A DNA stretch of 35,471 nt from a virus (lineage: Duplodnaviria > Caudoviricetes). The notes beneath the pieces were generated by a model. That model was not told the origin of the DNA, did no database searches, and worked only from the letters and a program-made list of their open reading frames with translations. Made by a program: the position numbers and the translations under genes. Of the stretch, positions 1-7,993 are shown piece by piece; the stretch's first letter is position 1; every line of letters begins with the position of its first letter. The stretch spans positions 1 to 35,471 of IMG/VR virus record IMGVR_UViG_3300037631_002085; one strand, 5' to 3'.

Positions 1-2
1 CG

Positions 3-386
3 TTCTGCGGGTATTGCGACGACCCCCTGCCGCCGAGAGAGAACGGCATATCGCAGTGGTCGAGCGAGTCCTATGCAGGGCTTCCCGTATGGCTTTGCGT
101 GAAGTGTCATTTTCTTGAACGGTGCGAAACGAACCCCGATTATGCGCAGAAGGAAACCTACCAATTGAACAATGAAGGCAAGTGCATTCAATGCTATTTG
201 CCCCTATCTGCGCACGATAACGAACAGGTCGCAGAATGCCTTAGTCTAAGACGCATGAAGGGCGTGCGCTCATGGATTGACTCGCTTAGGCAAACAATCG
301 CTAAGGGCGCAGTCGGATGGACGACCGAAGCGGATATTGAAAAATATCGGCGCATCGTCGAGAATGCAGACCCACGGTTCAAGTGA
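3..386 (+). CDS. Cys-rich hypothetical protein, 5'-truncated by window edge
   Basis: The frame of track ORF 99..386 stays open back to position 3 (FCGYCDD...LCVKCH...KCIQCY); three CxxC motifs; stop overlaps the next start (GTGA). Confidence 0.6.
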   Translation, partial: FCGYCDDPLPPRENGISQWSSESYAGLPVWLCVKCHFLERCETNPDYAQKETYQLNNEGKCIQCYLPLSAHDNEQVAECLSLRRMKGVRSWIDSLRQTIAKGAVGWTTEADIEKYRRIVENADPRFK

Positions 387-1291
387 GCAGATGCCTTAAA
401 TCCCTCCGGCGCACTTGCTACACCATGCACAGGCAGGCGTTTAGACACTGCGCAGAATGGATAATCGCACCGACCGACCAAATCACCGTCGAGCGGTTCT
501 TCGGCTGGCGCAGGGGCGCAAAGCGCCGAATGTTTCAGCCGTGCGCAGTCCTCAAGGCAGGCGAGCATCAAATCCTCGTTGATGGGCTGTCCGAAGTGCT
601 TGCGCTGATTGACGCGATTCAACCGGGCCTCCCCCGCAGTGCGCTCAAGGAGGGGATGAAGGGCGGCTTCATGCTCGAAGGCGAACCGCCGTTTGCGCAC
701 GACCTCCAAGCCTTCTTTCGCGAAAGCGCGTTTGACTTCCTCATTTTCTCTTGCGATTCCGTGCGCATGAGGGAACCCAATTCGGACGCTATGTTCGCCG
801 GTTTGAAAATGCGCAGTGTAGTCGCTCACACGGCCATGAAATCCCCTCCCGCTACACCCGCCCACCTTGGCGCAACATGGGCCATTAGAGCGCCTTACAG
901 GGGCAAAAACGGGCAGGTTCTCGCGCCTGCGCTGGTGTTCGGGGATTATCCGCACATCGTCGTCGCCATGAATCTCACCGATACGCCGTCCTTCTCGTTC
1001 AAAGAGCCGACGCTGATTTCAAGTGTTGTCTGCGCAGTGGGTGGTGGTCTTGACCTGCGCCCACACGCTACGGTTAAGCGCGATGAACCTCGCAGAATTA
1101 TTGTTGAAATTGACCGGCGCATCGCGGATATGCACGAAAGCGGATTTTCGCCCGAACCGTTTCTTGGCGACGACCGCACGCACGGGGGCATGACCTTCAA
1201 GGAACGGGACATGATAGAGCGGCAACGGGCGATTCAGGCGTTTCACGACCTCGACAACCCTATTCTTTCAACTGGTCTGAAAGAATTGTGA
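383..1291 (+). CDS. hypothetical protein (~290-302 aa)
   Basis: Long ORF co-directional with neighbours; no motif recognised; start could be the GTG at 383 or a downstream ATG. Confidence 0.7.
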   Translation: MSRCLKSLRRTCYTMHRQAFRHCAEWIIAPTDQITVERFFGWRRGAKRRMFQPCAVLKAGEHQILVDGLSEVLALIDAIQPGLPRSALKEGMKGGFMLEGEPPFAHDLQAFFRESAFDFLIFSCDSVRMREPNSDAMFAGLKMRSVVAHTAMKSPPATPAHLGATWAIRAPYRGKNGQVLAPALVFGDYPHIVVAMNLTDTPSFSFKEPTLISSVVCAVGGGLDLRPHATVKRDEPRRIIVEIDRRIADMHESGFSPEPFLGDDRTHGGMTFKERDMIERQRAIQAFHDLDNPILSTGLKEL

Positions 1292-1467
1292 AAGAAAAAA
1301 AGGACGCACTGCTCACTATTTCCGTTTATTGTTTATTGTGTTAAAGGGATTTTGAAATTAAAGCCTCTTTCTTTTCAGCCATCCTATGAAAGAAAAAACA
1401 ATTCCCGTTAATGCGCCGCAGTGCTTCGGTTTATTTTTTCTTAATTCTTTCAACGGCACGGAAAGAA
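1262..1467. repeat. AT-rich region with imperfect inverted repeat and GAAAGAA iterons; candidate replication origin
   Basis: TGAAAGAATT 1278-1287/AATTCTTTCA 1443-1452, GCACTGC 1306-1312/GCAGTGC 1418-1424 and ATTGTTT 1328-1334/AAACAAT 1396-1402 all share one axis at 1365; ATTCTTTCAAC is directly repeated at 1262 and 1444. Confidence 0.55.
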
Positions 1468-1482
1468 AGGGTTGATATGGAC
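1468..1482 (+). promoter_or_regulatory. archaeal TATA-like promoter (AGGGTTGATATGGAC)
   Basis: Variant of the recurring GGTTTATATGAAC motif; TTGATA starts 30 nt upstream of ATG 1502. Confidence 0.55.
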
Positions 1483-1501
1483 GAAGGGTGTAGGGGTTAT
1501 C

Positions 1502-2299
1502 ATGGCGTGGGGCTTAACGACTCTCAATGAAACGGATTTCTATGTTGATGAGAGCATTCTCTCCGAGATAACCCATGTGCTTCTCGTCAATACGGAGGGC
1601 GCATCATCACTTCCTCAATTGCTCGTCGCAAGCGCAGTCATGGGCGAAGAACCCGTGGGCTTCATCACCTCAAAACACGCTCTCGTCGAACCACACCGAA
1701 CCCTCAATGAAACAACGACGATGTGGCCTATCTTCCGAAAGGGCTTGACTTTGTTCGTGTGCGTGAACGCACTGCCCGTCATATCTCATACGCACAGTGC
1801 GCAACGCAACGAATGGTTGTTCAATTATCCACCGGCACGGGACATAGTGGCGTATTTCAAATGGGCGGCACACTTCGGCATCCTCACGACCTTTGCGCTC
1901 AACCGCCTGTTTAACGAAGCCCCACCGACCTTCCCCGCTATGCGTGTGGATGCTCGCCTGATGGGAACGGACGAAGCGCCTCAATCGTTGCAGTCTATTT
2001 GGGGCTGGTTGCCTGCGCACTTATTCACGCTCATGTCCGATGAGCCTTCAAGCATTTTCGTCATGCCGAGCGAAACGGCCACGGCAACTTCACGCGAGAA
2101 CATCACGATTGACCCCGCCGACTTTAAAACGATGTGCGACCTGCTACGGGAGAGCGGCTTCTCAATCCCCGAAGAAACGGCTGAACAGGCGGAGGCTTCT
2201 TATAATGGCGCTACATCGGAAGCCATAGAGCGAGTCAAGGAATTGATGGGCGCACATGAAAAGACGATTGACCGAGGAAGCGGAGGGATGTATCAATGA
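1502..2299 (+). CDS. PAC2/PbaA-PbaB-like (proteasome assembly chaperone family) protein with C-terminal HbYX motif
   Basis: 265 aa from ATG 1502; segment order resembles PAC2 (HVLLVN..., PVGFITS, NYPPARDIVAYF..FGILTT, SIWGWLPAHL, IDPADFKTMCDLL..GFSI, EQAE..IERVKELM); ends GGMYQ. Confidence 0.55.
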   Translation: MAWGLTTLNETDFYVDESILSEITHVLLVNTEGASSLPQLLVASAVMGEEPVGFITSKHALVEPHRTLNETTTMWPIFRKGLTLFVCVNALPVISHTHSAQRNEWLFNYPPARDIVAYFKWAAHFGILTTFALNRLFNEAPPTFPAMRVDARLMGTDEAPQSLQSIWGWLPAHLFTLMSDEPSSIFVMPSETATATSRENITIDPADFKTMCDLLRESGFSIPEETAEQAEASYNGATSEAIERVKELMGAHEKTIDRGSGGMYQ

Positions 2300-3579
2300 C
2301 GGACATATTCACACGACTACAAACCTTCTGCGACAAAAATCACTTGGTTGATGTGGAGGACAAAGTGCCGGTGTTCATCTGTTCGATTGGCGCACACCTG
2401 TTCAACGCCGTGAACAAATGCTCAATGTGCGACTTTGACCCAATGACTGCGCCCGAAGGCTCGTTTGTGATTGAGGAATGCCCACTGCGCCACGACTCAA
2501 CCCCAATTTACACACCCGCTTCCCGCCTCGCAGACACACGCATTAACATTCTCATGCGTGGTGCGAAGGGTTCGGGAAAGAATGTTCTCATTGATTTGTT
2601 CTGCGCAGAAAATACGGGTCTGCTATGGAACAAAGAAGCGTTTGAAGGCGTTGGCTTTCGCACTATGATTGGCGCAAACAGCATCACCGAGGCCGGTATG
2701 TTCGGCTCGGTGAACGAAGAAGGTCAAGTCATGGGACGGCCCCTCGCTCGCGATTTGTGCGGCGGCTTCCTGTGTTTTGAAGAATTTAGCGCCATGTCCG
2801 ACGCAGGGAAGAAAGACCATAGCATTGACATGAAGAATCAAATGCTCACCTCGCTTGACAGTGGCCGTGTGAACAAAGCCATGCGCAGTGGATGGGTGCG
2901 CTACAACACACGCTTGACGATGTGGGCAGGCACACAACCAGCACGCTTTGAATTGGAGTCCGGTCTTGACCGACGCTTCTTCATCATTGACATTGAGATG
3001 AGTCCTGAAAAGGAATTGCTTTACAAAAAGGCGCAGAATGCGCAGGCCAGTCTATCCCCCGAAGAACGGGTTGAATTAGCCGAGGAAGCAATCGCACTGC
3101 GCCATTGGTTCATTGACCGGCAGAAGAAGGTCATGGGCAATCGGCCAAAGGGCGTTGTCTTTGGCGAGGACTTTGAAGAATGGACGCTTCAAGAGTCAGT
3201 GCGCTCTTTTGAGAGCGACCTGTTCCGGCGGCTCGCTATCGGTTATGCTGTGATGAACGGGGAATGGATGGGCGAATTGCTCATGGTTAATTTGGACGAC
3301 CGACTGCGCTCAATCCTTGAATCCTCGCTCAAAATGCGCAGAAATGTTATGGACGAGGACATACGCTTGATTCGCACGACCTTTTGGGAGAAAGATGTGC
3401 CGCGCTCATCGTTGCTCAAAGACATAGCCCGTTTGGTGACCAACAACGACTATCAATCAGCGAAGCGATGGATGGAGGACTACTTGCTCAATCAGCCGTG
3501 GTTCAAAGAATACATTCCGAAGAAGGACGGTCGAGGACGCAAGGGCGTTATGTGCAGGTTCGGATTTGATGAGGTGTGA
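2296..3579 (+). CDS. mcm: MCM-like AAA+ ATPase/helicase lacking the N-terminal domain
   Basis: Walker A ILMRGAKGSGKN; ANSITEAGMFGSV (cf. MCM SSAAGLTAAV); GGFLCFEEF (cf. GGVCCIDEF); YNTRLTMWAGTQP (cf. LNARTSILAAANP); Arg finger LDRRFFII. Confidence 0.75.
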   Translation: MTDIFTRLQTFCDKNHLVDVEDKVPVFICSIGAHLFNAVNKCSMCDFDPMTAPEGSFVIEECPLRHDSTPIYTPASRLADTRINILMRGAKGSGKNVLIDLFCAENTGLLWNKEAFEGVGFRTMIGANSITEAGMFGSVNEEGQVMGRPLARDLCGGFLCFEEFSAMSDAGKKDHSIDMKNQMLTSLDSGRVNKAMRSGWVRYNTRLTMWAGTQPARFELESGLDRRFFIIDIEMSPEKELLYKKAQNAQASLSPEERVELAEEAIALRHWFIDRQKKVMGNRPKGVVFGEDFEEWTLQESVRSFESDLFRRLAIGYAVMNGEWMGELLMVNLDDRLRSILESSLKMRRNVMDEDIRLIRTTFWEKDVPRSSLLKDIARLVTNNDYQSAKRWMEDYLLNQPWFKEYIPKKDGRGRKGVMCRFGFDEV

Positions 3580-3821
3580 ACATGGTGAAGCATGACCGTT
3601 TTTTGAACGCGTGTGTTCGCTATCTCGAAAAGAAAGGCGAAGCCGAAATTAGCGATATTCTTAACGGCTTGACGACGGTGAAAGGGACACGCATGAACAG
3701 TCGCCAACTCCCTGAGCGCAAAGGCGCAAAGTGCCGACTGACGAGAGATAAACGCTTTGAGCGAATTGACTATGATGGGCGCACAACCTGCTTCCGTCTG
3801 CGCAAGCGAGGTGATGAATAA
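3576..3821 (+). CDS. small basic protein, possible winged-HTH
   Basis: 81 aa; GAGGTG SD; helix-helix-helix-beta hairpin pattern (LEKKGEAEISDIL...LTRDKRFERI). Confidence 0.6.
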   Translation: MNMVKHDRFLNACVRYLEKKGEAEISDILNGLTTVKGTRMNSRQLPERKGAKCRLTRDKRFERIDYDGRTTCFRLRKRGDE

Positions 3822-4102
3822 TGCCCAACCCAAAAAGACGATACCGATACAAACGCTGGCTTGACAAATGCTACCAATACCTCCGAGATACAGGCGATGT
3901 GCAGACTGCGCAGTGGTTGCTTGAGAACATCGGGTATAAAGTCAATGGCGAGCGCATGAAACGAACCATTCCTCCGAATGTGAACAGTGCGGCGCAAAAA
4001 TTGTCCCGTGATGGCCGCTTTCACTGCTTTGATATGGAAGGCATCTCTTATGGTCGGAACGGACAGGCATACAAAGCGCACGCTTGGGGGGTGATGTATT
4101 GA
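3821..4102 (+). CDS. small basic protein, possible winged-HTH
   Basis: 93 aa; GAGGTGA SD; resembles the preceding ORF (YLRDTG..., KLSRDGRF). Confidence 0.6.
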   Translation: MPNPKRRYRYKRWLDKCYQYLRDTGDVQTAQWLLENIGYKVNGERMKRTIPPNVNSAAQKLSRDGRFHCFDMEGISYGRNGQAYKAHAWGVMY

Positions 4103-4725
4103 AAAGTAAGTGGTTGATTGAACAACGACTCCAACAGGAGGACGACCCGAAAACCGTTGAGGTCTTGCGTTGGGTCTTGGAATCCCCCGAATGCCCTATG
4201 TGTAATCACCGAGGACGCAAAGACTTGGAGGTTCAAATCCACTGCGGCAACATTAGCCCCGCATACCTTGAAGCAAAGCACAATTGGGAGGCAGGCATTG
4301 TTGAGGAACACATGAGCGACCACATGGACTATGACCCCGAAGAGGCTCAAGCCGTTGAACACGCACGAAGCGAGGCTATCACGACGCTTGACATGGCAAA
4401 TGATGTGTTCGCACGAATCCAGCGTTGGCTTGACGAATGGGAGAGCGAGAAGGACATTAGCGGTATTGACGCAGAATGGCTCGGCACGGCGACACGGCTC
4501 GTTGCGCAGGCCAACACGAACATTAAATTGATAGGCACGCTCAAGAAGGAAATCGGTGTTGATTCGCAGATTCTCCTTGCGCAACAGAATGTGAATGCGG
4601 TTATGGGCATCCTTGTTGATGTTCTGCGCAACGAACCACGCCTTCTCGGTCAAGTCGAGATGCGTCTTTCTGCGCTCAAAGCACCAACGACAATCATTGA
4701 AGCAGATTGGGAGGACATTGAATGA
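4099..4725 (+). CDS. Zn-binding HTH plus helical protein (possibly terminase small subunit-like)
   Basis: TTG start overlapping the previous stop, GGGGTGA SD; CPMCNH...HMSDH motif followed by long helices. Function is a guess. Confidence 0.55.
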   Translation: MKSKWLIEQRLQQEDDPKTVEVLRWVLESPECPMCNHRGRKDLEVQIHCGNISPAYLEAKHNWEAGIVEEHMSDHMDYDPEEAQAVEHARSEAITTLDMANDVFARIQRWLDEWESEKDISGIDAEWLGTATRLVAQANTNIKLIGTLKKEIGVDSQILLAQQNVNAVMGILVDVLRNEPRLLGQVEMRLSALKAPTTIIEADWEDIE

Positions 4726-5018
4726 GCGCAGGCGAGCCTGTGCAGTGGCGTGCGCACTTCAACCAATTGATTGCTCGACCTATTCCCGAAACCGAATTTC
4801 CCGGCATGGCTCGTCGCATGTTTGACGATGGACTGATTGCGACGATTGATACGGTGGAGGGTTTGCGCTGGTTCAGTGGTCGCTATCAGGTTCAAGGCAT
4901 CGTGGTGCGCCGAATGTGGGGTCTTTCCGAGCATCAGTTTAAGCGGTTTCACCGTTGGGTTTATATGAACGACCCGTTTATGTCAATGCACAAGGAGGAA
5001 ACCCCCTATGACTGTTAA
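4722..5018 (+). CDS. hypothetical protein
   Basis: 98 aa; GGAGG SD; ATGA overlap. Confidence 0.65.
   Translation: MSAGEPVQWRAHFNQLIARPIPETEFPGMARRMFDDGLIATIDTVEGLRWFSGRYQVQGIVVRRMWGLSEHQFKRFHRWVYMNDPFMSMHKEETPYDC
4952..4970 (+). promoter_or_regulatory. promoter motif CCGTTGGGTTTATATGAAC
   Basis: Exact 19-mer repeated at 9648-9666; contains TTTATA. Confidence 0.6.
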
Positions 5019-5223
5019 ACGATGGACTGTGAAGGCAAATATGACGAGTGTTGTATTCTGCGATGAGGACAACACGCCGAATTATGTCGAGCATTTGCTT
5101 GAGGGCGCAACCCTGCGCTTTGAACCAACCGATGAAGTCATTGGCCGTGGGTATATTCGTGCCTTCACGCATGAGAATCAGAACATCGTTCTCTATATCG
5201 GGGATTGGGAGGTGGTCGCATGA
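5008..5223 (+). CDS. hypothetical protein
   Basis: 71 aa; AAGGAGG SD. Confidence 0.6.
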   Translation: MTVKRWTVKANMTSVVFCDEDNTPNYVEHLLEGATLRFEPTDEVIGRGYIRAFTHENQNIVLYIGDWEVVA

Positions 5224-5438
5224 CCCTGCTCCAAACACTTGATGATTTGAAATACCTTGAGCGACTTAACTTGATGGACTTTGCCGACCTTCTCTTTCCC
5301 GATTCGGAAAACACATACCTTATGGGCAAATGGGATTTGTTCAGGCATAATCCTCTGCACTTCCTTTGGAGTCTTGACTCCGAGCGAGTCGAAACCGTTT
5401 CCCACTACATCAACGGGTGCAAGGAGGATTCACAATGA
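5220..5438 (+). CDS. hypothetical protein
   Basis: 72 aa from ATG 5220; GGAGGTGG SD; ATGA overlap. Confidence 0.6.
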   Translation: MTLLQTLDDLKYLERLNLMDFADLLFPDSENTYLMGKWDLFRHNPLHFLWSLDSERVETVSHYINGCKEDSQ

Positions 5439-5587
5439 GATGGGAAATGGACTTTGAGAACCGGCTAACTCCCGACCCGACTACACACATGATGGTCTTT
5501 GAAGGCACACCTTCCGACGCACTATTCTTTGTGATGGGCTACATCAGCGCAGGTTATGCACTGCTTTGTTTGCGGAGGATGGATTGA
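5435..5587 (+). CDS. small hypothetical protein (50 aa, MRWEMDFENR...LRRMD)
   Basis: Below track cutoff; AAGGAGG SD; fills the gap between neighbours exactly. Confidence 0.55.
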   Translation: MRWEMDFENRLTPDPTTHMMVFEGTPSDALFFVMGYISAGYALLCLRRMD

Positions 5588-5854
5588 ATGGGCAAAGCAT
5601 ACCGTAAAACCGCCGTTGAGAAGGCCGTCGCTGGATTTGACGAGCATGAATGGTTTTGCGCAGACTCCATTCTCCCCAAAGCAACCGAAGCACTTCCTCA
5701 ATCCCACATGAGCATGAATGTTTATGCGGTGGCGAAAGCGTTGAAGGTTCTCGCTGGCCGTGGCGCACTGCTTGAGCGAAAGCGCAACGGCATTAAGGAA
5801 TACAGTCGCGTTCAGGGGGAATGGGACGATGGGTGTTCTCATTTTCACGCATGA
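5588..5854 (+). CDS. small protein, possible winged-HTH
   Basis: 88 aa; GGAGG SD; VAKALKVLAGRGALLERKRNGIKEYSR is a wHTH-like recognition helix plus wing. Confidence 0.6.
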   Translation: MGKAYRKTAVEKAVAGFDEHEWFCADSILPKATEALPQSHMSMNVYAVAKALKVLAGRGALLERKRNGIKEYSRVQGEWDDGCSHFHA

Positions 5855-6485
5855 TGCGCAAAAATACCGAGTCGGTGAATATGTTGAAGGTTCATCGGTT
5901 CTTTGTGCGCCGAATGTCGAGGGCTTGACAGTCATTGTGCATAAGCGCAAACCGACTGCGAAGGAATGCCTCGCATGGTTGCCCCATATCGCATACCGCA
6001 TGGTTTGGGTGTGCGAGCAACCGCCGAGCATTAAGAAAAACGACGCAGTTATCATTGATGGTGTGTTCAAGAAGAACGACCACAAACGGGCGATTGAAAC
6101 AACAATGCGTGTGCGCAACAGGAGGCTCGCCTTCACTGAATGCGCAACCGTTCCCGTTCCGTTGATGCTGGCCTTCCTTCGAGAGAACAACAAAGACATT
6201 CGCCTTTGGCGCAGACTCGCTCACGCCTTCACGCACACGCCCGAGGTGTTTCAGCAGGCTATGATTGCTTATGCGCACAAACCCGTTCCCCGCATGGCGT
6301 GGCCGAAGAAGAAGAACACAGACGAAAACGAATTGCCCTTCGGTGTTCGTGATACTGACATTTATTGGGAACAGATTGTCCGAAGCGACAACGATACCGC
6401 AAACGATGTGCGCATAAACGCAAAGGAGGCACTGCCGAAGGGCGTGAAGAAGCGTGTGCAGAAGAAAGAGGATGGTTGGCTTTGA
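5829..6485 (+). CDS. hypothetical protein (possible degenerate clamp-loader large subunit)
   Basis: 218 aa from ATG 5829; no Walker A; ends VQKKEDGWL. Functional call speculative. Confidence 0.6.
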   Translation: MGVLIFTHDAQKYRVGEYVEGSSVLCAPNVEGLTVIVHKRKPTAKECLAWLPHIAYRMVWVCEQPPSIKKNDAVIIDGVFKKNDHKRAIETTMRVRNRRLAFTECATVPVPLMLAFLRENNKDIRLWRRLAHAFTHTPEVFQQAMIAYAHKPVPRMAWPKKKNTDENELPFGVRDTDIYWEQIVRSDNDTANDVRINAKEALPKGVKKRVQKKEDGWL

Positions 6486-6643
6486 ACCTCTATGAATTGT
6501 TCTGCTATCAGATGTGTTTCTTCCACATCGTCATTTTTCTGCGCCTCTTGATGTTCAACCCCCCTTCTCAAGAAGGCACTACGGTCTTTCTGCGCCAAGA
6601 TGAAATGCCCCCGCAGGTGTGGGCCGCGATGGGCGACAATTGA
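6476..6643 (+). CDS. small hydrophobic protein (55 aa)
   Basis: TTG start after GAGG; hydrophobic segment LFCYQMCFFHIVIFLRLLMF. Confidence 0.45.
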   Translation: MALNLYELFCYQMCFFHIVIFLRLLMFNPPSQEGTTVFLRQDEMPPQVWAAMGDN

Positions 6644-6670
6644 AATACCCTGCTATGCGCACAACAACCA

Positions 6671-7075
6671 ATGGCACGCAACAATGGAAAGTTGCGCAGA
6701 AAGGTTGCCGAGATTCTTTTTCACGAAGGCAAAATGACCCGTGCTTCGGTGGCCGAGCGACTGCACGAAATGGGAATGTTCCGTGAAGTCCCTTCCGAAT
6801 CCAGTCTTGCCGCCATCGTGAGCAAGAATGCGCAGATTGTTTCGTGCGGCCATGAGAAGGTTGAGTTATCCAATGGAAGCGTCGTGCGCAACATGGTGTT
6901 CGACATTGATAGGGACTTGATTCGGGAGGAAGAAGATTTGCGCTACACCCGGCCCTATTCAAGCATGAGCAACGGCGATAAGGCAAAGAGCGTGCGGTGC
7001 GAGCAGTGCAAGCAAATGCGACTGATGAAAGAGGGATGGATTATATGCCTCCCGTGTTCTCGCCGTGGGGTTTAA
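6671..7075 (+). CDS. wHTH plus C4 zinc-finger protein
   Basis: VAEILFHEGKMTRASVAERL; C-terminal CEQC...CLPC; TTGAAATA ~31 nt upstream. Confidence 0.65.
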   Translation: MARNNGKLRRKVAEILFHEGKMTRASVAERLHEMGMFREVPSESSLAAIVSKNAQIVSCGHEKVELSNGSVVRNMVFDIDRDLIREEEDLRYTRPYSSMSNGDKAKSVRCEQCKQMRLMKEGWIICLPCSRRGV

Positions 7076-7081
7076 GAGGAC
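7063..7081 (+). promoter_or_regulatory. promoter motif CCGTGGGGTTTAAGAGGAC
   Basis: TTTAAG starts 30 nt upstream of ATG 7101; variant of the shared motif. Confidence 0.55.
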
Positions 7082-7100
7082 AACTCGCTTAAGTCGTTTC

Positions 7101-7313
7101 ATGGCGAAACCACTACTCCACAAATCGGCGTTGCTCTATAACTTCTCAAACCCCACCTATGCGTGCGGCGCACCGAAGCAAAGCCACCCGAACATGACGG
7201 ATGCGCAGGCTATGGCTCTCAAGACTTGTCCCGAATGCTTTCCAAGTGGCTTCTCGGCGGCGAAGGTGGCAGGTATCACCAAAAAACAAGTCGAGCGAGG
7301 TGTGTTGTTTTGA
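7101..7313 (+). CDS. small Cys/His protein (70 aa)
   Basis: H...ACG...TCPECF pattern; leaderless start behind a promoter motif. Confidence 0.6.
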   Translation: MAKPLLHKSALLYNFSNPTYACGAPKQSHPNMTDAQAMALKTCPECFPSGFSAAKVAGITKKQVERGVLF

Positions 7314-7465
7314 TTCGTCGCATCGGTATCATCCTCGCTAAAATCGGACTGCGCCAGCGTGGTTTGACGCTCTGCCCTCTTTGTGATGAGAACATTGTCG
7401 TTGTGCGCCAAGAGCGTGCCTGTTCTCGTTGCACGCACGAAGCCAAGTGGGGTGATGTTCAATGA
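7310..7465 (+). CDS. small zinc-finger protein (51 aa)
   Basis: TTG start, GAGGTG SD; CPLC...CSRC. Confidence 0.55.
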   Translation: MIRRIGIILAKIGLRQRGLTLCPLCDENIVVVRQERACSRCTHEAKWGDVQ

Positions 7466-7539
7466 GTATGCTTGGTCGTGCATTTTGGGCTATGCTCGGA
7501 TTCGCCCGTGAACCTGACTTCACAAAGGAGGAAGAATGA
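7462..7539 (+). CDS. 25-aa peptide MSMLGRAFWAMLGFAREPDFTKEEE
   Basis: GGGGTGA SD; ATGA overlaps at both ends. Confidence 0.45.
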   Translation: MSMLGRAFWAMLGFAREPDFTKEEE

Positions 7540-7679
7540 TGAAAACAATCCCATGTCCTTCGTGTGGCGGTATGCAATTCAATGTGTGCTTCAAGAGGCG
7601 AGATTCAGGCAACCAACTGATTATCACCTGCGTCATGTGCGCAAGCCAAATCCCGTTTGCAGTGGGGGTGAAGTCTTGA
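7536..7679 (+). CDS. small zinc-ribbon protein (47 aa)
   Basis: AAGGAGG SD; MMKTIPCPSCGG...ITCVMCA. Confidence 0.6.
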   Translation: MMKTIPCPSCGGMQFNVCFKRRDSGNQLIITCVMCASQIPFAVGVKS

Positions 7680-7831
7680 GTAAAATGAATGACGGCACTG
7701 AATGTCTCATCTGCGAGCAGGGCAAGGACTGCGAAAGCAGTGACGATTTGCATTTGTGTTGCAGGGACTGTCAAGAGGAAATCGCTTTCCTCGTCGCTGA
7801 AATGCGCAGAATGCGTTGGGAGAGGGACTGA
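7676..7831 (+). CDS. small zinc-finger protein (51 aa)
   Basis: GGGGGTGA SD, TTG start; CLIC...CCRDC; corresponds to the 3' part of track ORF 7472..7831. Confidence 0.55.
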   Translation: MSKMNDGTECLICEQGKDCESSDDLHLCCRDCQEEIAFLVAEMRRMRWERD

Positions 7832-7993
7832 ATGGCTTTCAAGAAAACAAGTGCTATGCGCACATCGCAACCACCGGCCTGTCTTTACGGTTCACGGTGC
7901 GTTTGCTATTGTCATTCGCACGGCGCTGTCGGATGCACCCTATGCTTAACGGGCATGAAGTGCGTTGATGTGAGAATGGAGGGGAACCTATGA
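7832..7993 (+). CDS. small Cys-rich protein (53 aa)
   Basis: MAFKKTS...RCVCYCHSHGAVGCTLC...; fills the gap and its stop overlaps the next ATG. Confidence 0.5.
   Translation: MAFKKTSAMRTSQPPACLYGSRCVCYCHSHGAVGCTLCLTGMKCVDVRMEGNL

Noticed and set aside
7472-7831. Track ORF of 119 aa as one gene
   Set aside because: Better explained by three coupled small ORFs (7462, 7536, 7676), each with an SD and a 4-nt overlap.
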